The notes under the pieces were generated by a model. That model saw only the letters and a program-made list of their open reading frames with translations, was not told where the DNA came from and did not search any database. 64,000 nucleotides of DNA from Candidatus Borrarchaeum weybense (GTDB lineage: Archaea; Asgardarchaeota; Sifarchaeia; Borrarchaeales; Borrarchaeaceae): positions 416,001 to 480,000 of the forward strand of contig JAHQJS010000004.1 in the NCBI GenBank assembly GCA_019057385.1. Reading direction: 5' to 3'. Both the position numbers and the translations under genes were made by a program. This document shows positions 1 through 8,428 of this stretch, one piece after another (position 1 is the first letter of the stretch; each line of letters starts with the position of its first letter).

Positions 1-527
1 CTTGCCATCCGCCCCATCTTTTGTGAGGATTTGCAAACTGTAATTTTCTTTTGCCCAGTTTATCTCATTCATCCAACTACATGAAGTTACAACTAAATAA
101 ATATGCAAAGTAGATAAAAGGCATAACTATTAATCAGGTCTATGATTATTGTTTATCCTTCATATAGTGCATGAAATCTACTTTACTTGAGAGAGACTGC
201 AATAAAACTGTGAAAGTGGTTTTTTGTAGTTTTTAACTACTATCTTGCTACGATTTTGCTTTTAGTGAGAGCTCGTATAGATTCAATTAATGAAAATAAC
301 GATCTCAAATTTATGACAAACTCGATCGAACATGGTGAAGATTCTAGGAAAACGCTGAAAACATGCTAATGGTGATCTACTGAACGATCACAAGTGAGAT
401 TTGCGCGGATAAACGAGTGGAATCGAAAAGTATACTACAAAGGTTAACCTTAAGGATCCAATTTGAGTATATATATACTTGAATTCACAAATGAAATTAC
501 ATAAATATACTTGAAGAATGTGATAAA

Positions 528-842
528 ATGGCTGTAAATGATGTAATAATGGATAAAATATTATGTATGGTGTACCATTGGCAAGATGCTTATCCCAGTA
601 TATCTGAATTAAATAAGAGATTCGAAATAAAAAATATGGAAACAATTGAAGCAGATAGGGAGATATGGGAAAGAATATTAAAATTACAGGCTAAAAAATA
701 TGTAGAAATCAAAAGACCTCTTATTTCCATAACAAATCATGGCATTAACTATCTAAATAAAAAATATCCAGAACTTGCTGAGCGAAGTATAAAAGAATGC
801 CTTTTTGTAACTTGCAAAGATTGCGATATGTTAAGCTCTTAA
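528..842 (+). CDS. Small winged-helix DNA-binding protein with Cys-rich tail
   Basis: wHTH pattern ILCMVY..SISELNKRF..IWERILKLQAKKYVE..ISITNHGINYL; C-terminal CxxxxCxxC. Confidence 0.55.
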   Translation: MAVNDVIMDKILCMVYHWQDAYPSISELNKRFEIKNMETIEADREIWERILKLQAKKYVEIKRPLISITNHGINYLNKKYPELAERSIKECLFVTCKDCDMLSS

Positions 843-1051
843 TTTTGAATATTCTTTGAGCAATGCCTCTTATTCTAAATAATTTGAAAGACCGCAGAGT
901 GTTTAATATGCGCCTCAAGTCGCTTGACTAGTTAGTGTCCTATGATTATTAAACAATAAACTGGTTTATTTGTTCAGTTTTTTCAATTTGTTCCTGCTGG
1001 TTGATTAAAGGTAATTTTTTGAGTATACGAGGACAAAGGTTTTTGATGATT

Positions 1052-1299
1052 AATTTGTGTCTAAAAATAGAGATTTAAGAAAAACTAGAAGGAAAATTAC
1101 GAAAAAAGGTTATGTGTGTCTTAGATTTGTGGAAATAGAATTGATTAGAATTGAGAAAAATGAATATACTAAAATTAAAATGATCTTTGTCAAAAAATGA
1201 CTAATCAGAAATGAGAATAAGAATTTGTGTCTAAAGAGAAAAAATAGAGCAGGAAATTTAAGATAATTAATTTTTGGACAATTTTTTTAGACACAAATT
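1052..1299. repeat. Three exact copies of 14-mer AATTTGTGTCTAAA (direct 1052-1065, 1222-1235; inverted 1286-1299)
   Basis: Read directly; a weaker copy lies near 1112-1125. Confidence 0.85.
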
Positions 1300-1429
1300 G
1301 AAGGTCTTTTTCATTTGCCCTGTTCAAGTGTTGAAAGATCGTATTGGGCAAAACCATTATCTACTAGGTGTTTGCGTTGTGGATACCAAATCCTTACGCC
1401 TTTTATAAATAAATTTCCAACCATTTTGT

Positions 1430-3133
1430 ATGATCACAATGCCACATATATTGGGATGGTATTCGGTATGGGAACGGTTGGGACGAGCAGGTTATCTAAA
1501 GTTATTTGCTTTTCAGTATAAGGCGGTTTATGCATTCAGGGATGGAAAAGATATATTTGTAAAAGCACCAACGGGTGCAGGAAAGACGCTCATTCCGCTG
1601 ATTTGTGCTACTCTTATTCTTGGAATGAAAAAACGATGTGTGTTCCTTGTACCGACCAGGCGGTTGATCGACCAGACCTATGACCGACTCAAAGACTGGT
1701 TTGAAAGTATACCACATTGCGAAGAAGAGTACAATATCGTAACCTTAACAGGAGATAATCGACCTTCTTACAAAGAAATACGAGAAGTGCACATAATCAT
1801 AACAACCTACGAGTCTTTTAATGGTATGTTGGCAAAACATTACAGACATTCACTTTTGAACAATGTCGGACTTGTGGCGATTGATGAAATGCATTATGTC
1901 GGGGATGTAGAGAGAGGGACGCATCTTGAGGAGGCTATTGTCAAAGCGAAGTTGTGGTTGCGACCTCGTCCTCAGATGATCTACCTTGCGGCTACGTTAG
2001 GGAATATACAAGAAATTGGGGAGTGGTTAAAAGCTACAGTCATCGAAACAAAAAAACGCAAGTCGGAAATCATTGTTGGATCACCCATTAACGTCTATAA
2101 TGAGGATGAACGGTTAAAGGTTATTGCTCAGTTAGTTAAAGAAACGGATCAGATAGAGATAGGGGCAAAGGAAACTGACAAAAGATGTGTGCTGGTTTTT
2201 TGTAGATCGAGATGGCATGCCGAAACTAGAGCACAGAATCTTGCAAAAATGTTGGAGAAGGAAGGATACAAAAAAACTGTTTCATATAGCCACAGAGGAC
2301 TGAAAACTGTGGAACGACAAAAGCGGATGAAAGCGTTTCAAAAGGGTGAAATTGACGTGTTGTTCACCACAACAGAATACAAGGAGGGTGTGAATGCTCC
2401 AGTCCTGCGGGTCATCATAGCTGATACCGAGGTGTTCAATTCTCAGGACATTGAACAGATGATCGGAAGGGCAGCCCGTCCGCGATTTTTTCAGATCGGA
2501 TATGCAAATCTGATTATTCAGGGAAACATAGAAGACATTCTCGAAAATAAAAGAATAAGGATAGAGGAAGGGGTAGCCCATTTTGAGGAATCACCATTGG
2601 AAAGTTGGGCAAAATATCATTTGAACGAGATCATCCTCAACAGGTTAGCTAAGGGTGCCTGTTCGATAGGTCGGCTTATTAGGTATCTCAAAGAGTTTTA
2701 TTTTTACTTCGAGGATACAACTCAGATAAAGAATTGGTATAAAGTTATGGAAAACGCAATAAGTGAACGAGAGATGTTTATGCTTACCGCAGACAACTAT
2801 ATGATACTCTTCTCTTTAATAGATAATGACGATAGATACAATGCGAAGGATAAGAAGAACTTTCACTCTTTCGTAACTGAATTCCTGATGCGTAGTCGCA
2901 AGTGCGCTGAAACACAAAAAAGAAGGCGTAAAAGGGATAAAAAACTCGTACTTGAAAAGAAGATGGCTCTTGTTTTCTTGAAAGAATACTTAACTAATAA
3001 ACTAAAACGTTATGATGCTGAGCTAAAAACTCAAGTTAAAACTCATCTAGGCTACCTCATCCATATTGGGTTTCTTAAAAAACAGGAACTGGAATCTAAG
3101 GCAATAAAGGAAGGATTAGGAAGTGCAGTCTAA
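1430..3133 (+). CDS. SF2 Ski2/Hel308-like helicase, N-terminal part (RecA1/RecA2 plus start of winged helix)
   Basis: Q-motif LFAFQ, Walker A APTGAGKT, VPTRRL, DEMH, LAATL, LVFCRSR, TTEYKEGVNAP, QMIGRAAR. Confidence 0.92.
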   Translation: MITMPHILGWYSVWERLGRAGYLKLFAFQYKAVYAFRDGKDIFVKAPTGAGKTLIPLICATLILGMKKRCVFLVPTRRLIDQTYDRLKDWFESIPHCEEEYNIVTLTGDNRPSYKEIREVHIIITTYESFNGMLAKHYRHSLLNNVGLVAIDEMHYVGDVERGTHLEEAIVKAKLWLRPRPQMIYLAATLGNIQEIGEWLKATVIETKKRKSEIIVGSPINVYNEDERLKVIAQLVKETDQIEIGAKETDKRCVLVFCRSRWHAETRAQNLAKMLEKEGYKKTVSYSHRGLKTVERQKRMKAFQKGEIDVLFTTTEYKEGVNAPVLRVIIADTEVFNSQDIEQMIGRAARPRFFQIGYANLIIQGNIEDILENKRIRIEEGVAHFEESPLESWAKYHLNEIILNRLAKGACSIGRLIRYLKEFYFYFEDTTQIKNWYKVMENAISEREMFMLTADNYMILFSLIDNDDRYNAKDKKNFHSFVTEFLMRSRKCAETQKRRRKRDKKLVLEKKMALVFLKEYLTNKLKRYDAELKTQVKTHLGYLIHIGFLKKQELESKAIKEGLGSAV

Positions 3134-5468
3134 GGTAATAAAGAACGGGAAATATAGCGTAACAGAAACTGGACAATGGGCAAGTCAATTTCTATTAAAG
3201 ACCAGCGATGCAAAGAAGATCCACAAATTTCTCCAGACACAGTATTTTTATTCAGAAGACGACGCTTGTAAAAAACTGGCGACTCTTATAAGTGAGAGTG
3301 TCCGTGAGAACGATAATTCGCGATATAGAGCGCAACAATATGAGTTGTTCATATTATCTTTAGTAGAAGGGTTCGATATTGATGAGGCAGCGGAAAACGC
3401 TCGGATGCGACAAGGGGATGCCGAAGGGTGCAGAAGAACTGCCGCGTGGATTGCAGAGGCAGTTAATGCCTACGTTGGAAAGAACATTCCGAAGATCGCG
3501 GAAATGGCAGAAGGAATTAGTGAAGCGCTTACCGTAGATAAAAGAAGGGAAATAGGACCTGGGGTGCGAAGTTATGCAAAAGAGAAACCCTCGTCATATC
3601 CAGGTATTCAAAAAACAATTTGTTCTGTTATTAATCAATTAGGAATTTGCACATATGATGCGATCCATAACATAATTACTGACAAATATGGTGAGTCAGT
3701 AGATCGAACGACAACAATTTGGAACATCCTTGATTTAAGGGCGAAAGACGAAGTTATAACTTTATCAAGAGGCAAGGGAATAGGGCGTCCCGTAATCCAT
3801 GTGTGTAAAAAGGGAATGAATGTACCTGAACATATGCGCAAGACTTGCGGATCCTGTGTATTTTACATATCCTGTGACGATGATGAAAAAGAACGAGACA
3901 ATCAAAGATTTATCTGTGAACTGCGAAGGGAATGCAACAAGCGCGTGGAAAAAAATATTGTAAGCACGTACGTTACGAGCAATATGGGTGCGTGTAAATA
4001 TCATAATTCGTCTCAAGAGCGAAAAAGACGAAGTTTTCGTAAATTTGAGAGGACAGACACAGGCAAACCTATCTGCCAAATTTGTAAATCGGATGCCGTT
4101 AAGGAACCAACCGCTTATGATCACTACACCATATGTTCCAATTGTAATTCACAGTATTACTACCTTTGCGACGGCAGGTTCAGTGTTCAGCCAGGTGTCA
4201 GAGATTTATTACAGCAAGCATTAGAAGAAATCTATGGAAAGTCCGTTAAACCTGTTAAAAGGTGTGCAAAACTAGAGGGTTCTTTAGATCGGCAATACGT
4301 TGAATTAACCATTAAGAAAGGGGATGCAGCTCATATTGACCAAAATAAACTCATTTATATTCCAAAAGAGGAGAAGACACGTTCTTATTTGTTAGATGCC
4401 ATTGAATGTGTTAGAGTGCTTGACGGTGCATATATCACGCCTTATGTATATGAGAAACTCGATGACAGAATTTTATCTGGCAAGAATGTGAATAGACCGC
4501 CAAACGCTTCCTTTGAAGGGTATATAAACATACCTGACGTGCACAATCAACTGAAAGAACGTATACAAGAAATTCGAGAGCAAGAAGTTGGTTTGGCATT
4601 GGCGAGGATACTTATAATGGGTAAGAAAATGAATAATGCAATTCTTACTCTGCAAGCTGGTGAGGAGGGATTACTGTGCCCAGTAGATGCCAGCAGGTTA
4701 TTTTTCAAACAAATGAATGTTGTCGCCCATACTATCATGTATTGGACGGGAAATAGAGAAAATCTGCTCAGTTTCGAGGCGGTTGGCGAACGATACGCAT
4801 GGAAAGCAATTAAACGCGCCTTGAAGGATACATCTATGCGCTTTGAAAATCGTACACAGGAACGATATATCTTTTCGGTTCCCTATATCGGCAAAGTTAG
4901 GGCACGATCTCCCTTTAGTGCAGGACTTAATGCCATTTATCGCCGTGTCCTCGAAATATGTAGAGAGGTGCTTTGCGAAAAAGGATTCTCTTGGTTTCCT
5001 GGCGAACTCGTACTCCATTATAGAAGAAGAAAAGACCAACAAATCCCCATTGGAACAGCTCTTGATTTCCGAGAGTTGTTTTTGGCACTGTTCAGATTCA
5101 CTTATATGAAAGCGTGCAAGAAGGATCAAATTAGGAATACAGATTTTGTACTGTCAAGTACATCTCGCGAGGAAAAAGTATATACCCTTACATACGAGGC
5201 AGAGGATAAAGTTAGAGACTTAATCGAAAGCGTCATGAATAAAGAGGTATATTATCTTGGAAAACAGATGTCACTTTGGAAAGCAATGAAAGAATGCGCA
5301 CGTTCACTTCGCAACTTTTTATTAGAGGGATCTAAATTTATTCCTTTTGTCTGCGCATTAAATGAGGAGCAATTTAAAAAGATTTTAAAGACTTTCCAAA
5401 ATATAGAGAGGTTTTGTGGACCTTCAGGTAAAGGACCTCCTGTTTCAATGTTTGATATCTTATCATAA
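3123..5468 (+). CDS. cas1: Multidomain Cas1-family integrase: Hel308 C-terminal region + wHTH + Zn fingers + Cas1 domain (~4290-5350)
   Basis: Hel308 tail (SVTETGQWASQFLL; GDAEGCRRTAAWIAEA); CxxC pairs; Cas1 motifs in order: ALARILIMGKKMN, LLSFEAVGERYAW, RFENR, PFSAGLNAIY, VLH, ALDFRELF, terminal ARSLRNFL..FIPF. Confidence 0.85.
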   Translation: MQSKVIKNGKYSVTETGQWASQFLLKTSDAKKIHKFLQTQYFYSEDDACKKLATLISESVRENDNSRYRAQQYELFILSLVEGFDIDEAAENARMRQGDAEGCRRTAAWIAEAVNAYVGKNIPKIAEMAEGISEALTVDKRREIGPGVRSYAKEKPSSYPGIQKTICSVINQLGICTYDAIHNIITDKYGESVDRTTTIWNILDLRAKDEVITLSRGKGIGRPVIHVCKKGMNVPEHMRKTCGSCVFYISCDDDEKERDNQRFICELRRECNKRVEKNIVSTYVTSNMGACKYHNSSQERKRRSFRKFERTDTGKPICQICKSDAVKEPTAYDHYTICSNCNSQYYYLCDGRFSVQPGVRDLLQQALEEIYGKSVKPVKRCAKLEGSLDRQYVELTIKKGDAAHIDQNKLIYIPKEEKTRSYLLDAIECVRVLDGAYITPYVYEKLDDRILSGKNVNRPPNASFEGYINIPDVHNQLKERIQEIREQEVGLALARILIMGKKMNNAILTLQAGEEGLLCPVDASRLFFKQMNVVAHTIMYWTGNRENLLSFEAVGERYAWKAIKRALKDTSMRFENRTQERYIFSVPYIGKVRARSPFSAGLNAIYRRVLEICREVLCEKGFSWFPGELVLHYRRRKDQQIPIGTALDFRELFLALFRFTYMKACKKDQIRNTDFVLSSTSREEKVYTLTYEAEDKVRDLIESVMNKEVYYLGKQMSLWKAMKECARSLRNFLLEGSKFIPFVCALNEEQFKKILKTFQNIERFCGPSGKGPPVSMFDILS

Positions 5469-5703
5469 ATACAATTCACTTTTTGCTCTCTTTTTCGACT
5501 TGGATTAATTTAGACCATCAACCTCTTCCTTTTGGTTCTCTAAGAAATGCTTCTTCTTGGTGAAAAACCTAACTAAGAATAAATTTGATTCAATGTTTAT
5601 TTAAATGAAAAGAAGAACAAGAAAGGTTTTTTCCTCCATCTCCAAAGACATAGATAAAAACGTTACTAGATCGCTTATTTTTACAAAAGGAGTTCATAAA
5701 ATA

Positions 5704-5750
5704 ATCCGTTATACAAAAAGCGTTATTTAAAAACCGCAATGCTTATATAC
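5704..5750 (+). promoter_or_regulatory. Archaeal promoter (BRE + TATA), copy 1, upstream of cas7-like gene
   Basis: TACAAAAAGCGTTATTTAAAAACCGCAATGCTT, identical in copy 2 (6771-6817). Confidence 0.7.
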
Positions 5751-5782
5751 TCGGTTGCAAAGGTATATTTGAGGTTTTCAAA

Positions 5783-6598
5783 ATGAAAAAAACTAAGAAA
5801 CAGATCAATGTTCATGCCTTCACTCCTATTGCGAAACCGATCAATACCTCCATACAGAAAAATTCCACTATGCTTCTTTTGGGAGAAATTCCGTATGTCA
5901 ATGGATCGAAAACATTTACTACCAAGCTGTATTATCTCAAAGGTTTGCGAGGAATGCTGAGGCATGCCTGCATGGACTTAGCACGTGCTTACGATATCGA
6001 GGTCTGTCACAGTTCTGAAAAGACTGAACTCAGGGATGGGACAAAACTCGTCTCGCAAGGGTTTCATCCGCTGGGTGCCTGTGATCCTCCCTGCATTCTG
6101 AGGCGTATCTTCGGTACGTTCAGAGAAGACTCCCGCATTAGTGTTTCCGCCGATCCCATCACTTCTATCAGCCATAAGGAATACATTACCGAAGTTCCCG
6201 TCCAAAAAGTTCATATCGCCAGTGAAAATAGGATTGCTCTTTCCTATGACAGGATCCCCATACAAGACTTTAGACAATCCTATTTTTCAGGTTACTTTAC
6301 CTTTTCCATTGATGCCACCCAATTGACCGATGATGAGATTAAATTTCTCTTGGAATCGCTGTTGCATATAGAGTACTATGGTGGTGGCAGAAGTGCGGGC
6401 TATGGTCATGTCAAAATTCTAAATGTTGAATTGCTGCACATAACAATCGAAAGAAAATTTGAATCTGAGAACGGAACTCTGAAAGTCGTTGAAGAGGAAA
6501 AAGTAACTCCGCTAGAACTTGATACTCTCGATGACTGGACGGAAAGTATATCCCTATCTGCACTGACACAAGAACTAGAATTGATGGATGGGGAGTGA
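5783..6598 (+). CDS. cas7: Cas7-group RAMP protein
   Basis: N-terminal strand + TPI; LKGLRGMLRHA; Cys cluster VCH..GACDPPCILRRIFG; ENRIAL; Gly-rich loop YGGGRSAGYGHVKI. Confidence 0.85.
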   Translation: MKKTKKQINVHAFTPIAKPINTSIQKNSTMLLLGEIPYVNGSKTFTTKLYYLKGLRGMLRHACMDLARAYDIEVCHSSEKTELRDGTKLVSQGFHPLGACDPPCILRRIFGTFREDSRISVSADPITSISHKEYITEVPVQKVHIASENRIALSYDRIPIQDFRQSYFSGYFTFSIDATQLTDDEIKFLLESLLHIEYYGGGRSAGYGHVKILNVELLHITIERKFESENGTLKVVEEEKVTPLELDTLDDWTESISLSALTQELELMDGE

Positions 6599-6648
6599 AA
6601 AAGATGTTGAATAACCTGCAATACTCGTTATTTCCTTTTTTCTCATCT

Positions 6649-6770
6649 AAGACGGAATGCTTCCCTTGTAGCGAGGGGAGCACGTTCTTGTGCATGAGAC
6701 TGAACCATCTTGGAGGTCTGACGCCTCGTCTCATGGGGATGGATGACAGGCAGGGGACGAGAAAAGTCAC
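6649..6770 (+). ncRNA. Putative ~120-nt structured RNA/element, copy 1
   Basis: Invariant blocks shared with 7758-7875, separated by hairpins that differ in sequence but keep pairing; strand inferred from the copy 2 promoter. Confidence 0.65.
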
Positions 6771-6817
6771 ATCCGATTTACAAAAAGCGTTATTTAAAAA
6801 CCGCAATGCTTCTATAC
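6771..6817 (+). promoter_or_regulatory. Archaeal promoter, copy 2, upstream of RAMP-HD gene
   Basis: Near-identical to 5704-5750; followed by a perfect 9-bp hairpin GCCCGTTAT/ATAACGGGC at 6827-6851. Confidence 0.7.
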
Positions 6818-6875
6818 AATTAATATGCCCGTTATAACATTGATAACGGGCTAAAATCTATAAATAGGGATAAAG

Positions 6876-7691
6876 ATGACACAAAATTGGTTTAAATTGA
6901 TAGGAATCACCAAAACGCCTGTGATCACAAGAAGAAGGCGGTTTTTCTATAAATTAGGAGTAATCTCCATTCATGGTCGCCCCAGAGTCTTCGGTAAACT
7001 CACAAAAGGGGAAAGACGCCCACCTAAGACGTATAGGGCGTGGTATGGTGACGTCGAGTTTATCGTGCCAGAAGACAGACTTGACGACGCGCTCGCCATT
7101 GATTGTTTCGGGAGTTTCACTAATGAAGGCATGGGACAAATGCAATGGAAAGAAGCGAAAAAACTCTACAAAAAACCCCTCTATACTCCGAGAAAAGCCA
7201 AGATCAGAAAAATGCTTCCGAAACTTTCAGAGACGCAAGAAAAACTATTAATAGGTTTTTTACTTCATGATTTTGTCCATACCGAAAAACACAACAGCAA
7301 AATCTATACCGAGGTTAATATATATGATGGATTTGTCTATGAATTGGCTAAAAATCATCATAATTACACGATAGACGATAGAGAAATCCCTTTGCTCTGT
7401 ACTCTTCAATATTACGATAGGCTTTCTTCAAGAATCTCAAGAAAATTCCGCTTTTCTGCGTCCTCACGCTATCGCGTCACTGAAATAGAAAAAATAGATT
7501 TCGACGAACTTAAACAGGAGATCGAAACGCGCCAATATTCCCTATACGCGCTTTATAGTTATGTCTATAAGTCTCAGACACTCAATAAAATCAACGAAGC
7601 ACTCAAATTCGGTTTTTCATCGCTAAAAAATCATCTCTTATTAATGGTTAACCTGTATATTGATGACTCACAAGAGGCTATATACTTATGA
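6876..7691 (+). CDS. Minimal RAMP (Cas5-like) fused to Cas10-type permuted HD nuclease
   Basis: FKLIGITKTPV start, G-loop FGSFTNEGMGQMQW, then LLHDFVH, KNHH, YYDRLSS and C-terminal SLKNHLL. Confidence 0.75.
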   Translation: MTQNWFKLIGITKTPVITRRRRFFYKLGVISIHGRPRVFGKLTKGERRPPKTYRAWYGDVEFIVPEDRLDDALAIDCFGSFTNEGMGQMQWKEAKKLYKKPLYTPRKAKIRKMLPKLSETQEKLLIGFLLHDFVHTEKHNSKIYTEVNIYDGFVYELAKNHHNYTIDDREIPLLCTLQYYDRLSSRISRKFRFSASSRYRVTEIEKIDFDELKQEIETRQYSLYALYSYVYKSQTLNKINEALKFGFSSLKNHLLLMVNLYIDDSQEAIYL

Positions 7692-7757
7692 CACGAGAAA
7701 CTCTCGTTTTGAATAGTGGCGTTTATATAGGTCTTTGCAAGCGAATATACAAGTTAC

Positions 7758-7875
7758 AAGGCGGAATGTTCCTCGCATCACGCGGAGAACACGTTCTTGT
7801 GCATGAGACTGAACCTGAGAGGTCTGACGCCTCGTAGAAGGGAATGAATGACAGGTAGGGGACGAGAAAGGTCAA
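7758..7875 (+). ncRNA. Putative ~120-nt structured RNA/element, copy 2
   Basis: Homologous to 6649-6770; TATA box TTTATATA at 7722-7729 just upstream. Confidence 0.7.
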
Positions 7876-7935
7876 AAAACAAGTGGTGTATGCGATAAAG
7901 TGGACGTGTACCAAAAAGTAATATATAAACGATGG

Positions 7936-7957
7936 AGGGCTCATTTGAGCCCTTTTT
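7936..7957 (+). terminator. Hairpin followed by T-tract
   Basis: AGGGCTC-ATTT-GAGCCCT-TTTT. Confidence 0.5.
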
Positions 7958-8023
7958 ATCTATTTAAAAACTGAGTTTTCCCGCCGATTTGGTCAAAAAT
8001 ATAAAACTGATATTTATGATAAA

Positions 8024-8311
8024 GTGGATGTGTATGAAGGTGGAACTTGTCAATATTGCAAGGCAATCGTCAAAACCGCGCTACAATCTCTACACAAGAA
8101 AGGAGACATTTCGCTAGTCAAAGATATGCAAGTTATTGTTGGTAAAAACCCTTCCGAGCCATATTCGAAATCAAGTTTAGATTTTATTGTAGGCGATTGC
8201 GCATGTGAATCGACAGATTACGAGGGTATTGAAATTCCTGGTTGTCCACCCTTTGACGCTTTCGTAAAAATCAGAAAAGCAGTGCACAACAATGTTTCTG
8301 AGAAAACATAA
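8024..8311 (+). pseudogene. Probable C-terminal fragment of a DUF362-type Fe-S protein
   Basis: GTCQYC..VIVGK..IVGDC..IPGCPP pattern, normally the tail of a longer protein; N-terminal part absent. Confidence 0.5.
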
Positions 8312-8428
8312 TTTTCTTAAGTATAGTTCTAAATTGTCACTCGATTCATAAGTCAAATTTTCAAATATTCATCCATCAATTACACAATCGATCTAGTAAA
8401 GTTCGATTAAAAGGAAAAGGGGAGTTAA

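Noticed and set aside
3071-3083. Slippery-like TTTCTTAAAAAAC as a programmed frameshift joining helicase and Cas1 ORFs
   Set aside because: Joining needs a +1 shift and that frame has a stop at 3105-3107
6649-6770. Hammerhead or HDV ribozyme, or C/D-box sRNA identity for the element
   Set aside because: No CUGANGA/GAAA core; the CATGAGAC/GTCTCATG pairing is lost in copy 2; C/D boxes are not in canonical order
6595-6837. 80-aa ORF, and 7723-7944 (-)
   Set aside because: They overlap the structured element and promoter; conservation between copies includes indels and is not codon-like
1-8020. Terminal inverted repeats and target-site duplication of a casposon
   Set aside because: None found by eye and no PolB; the left end may lie outside the window
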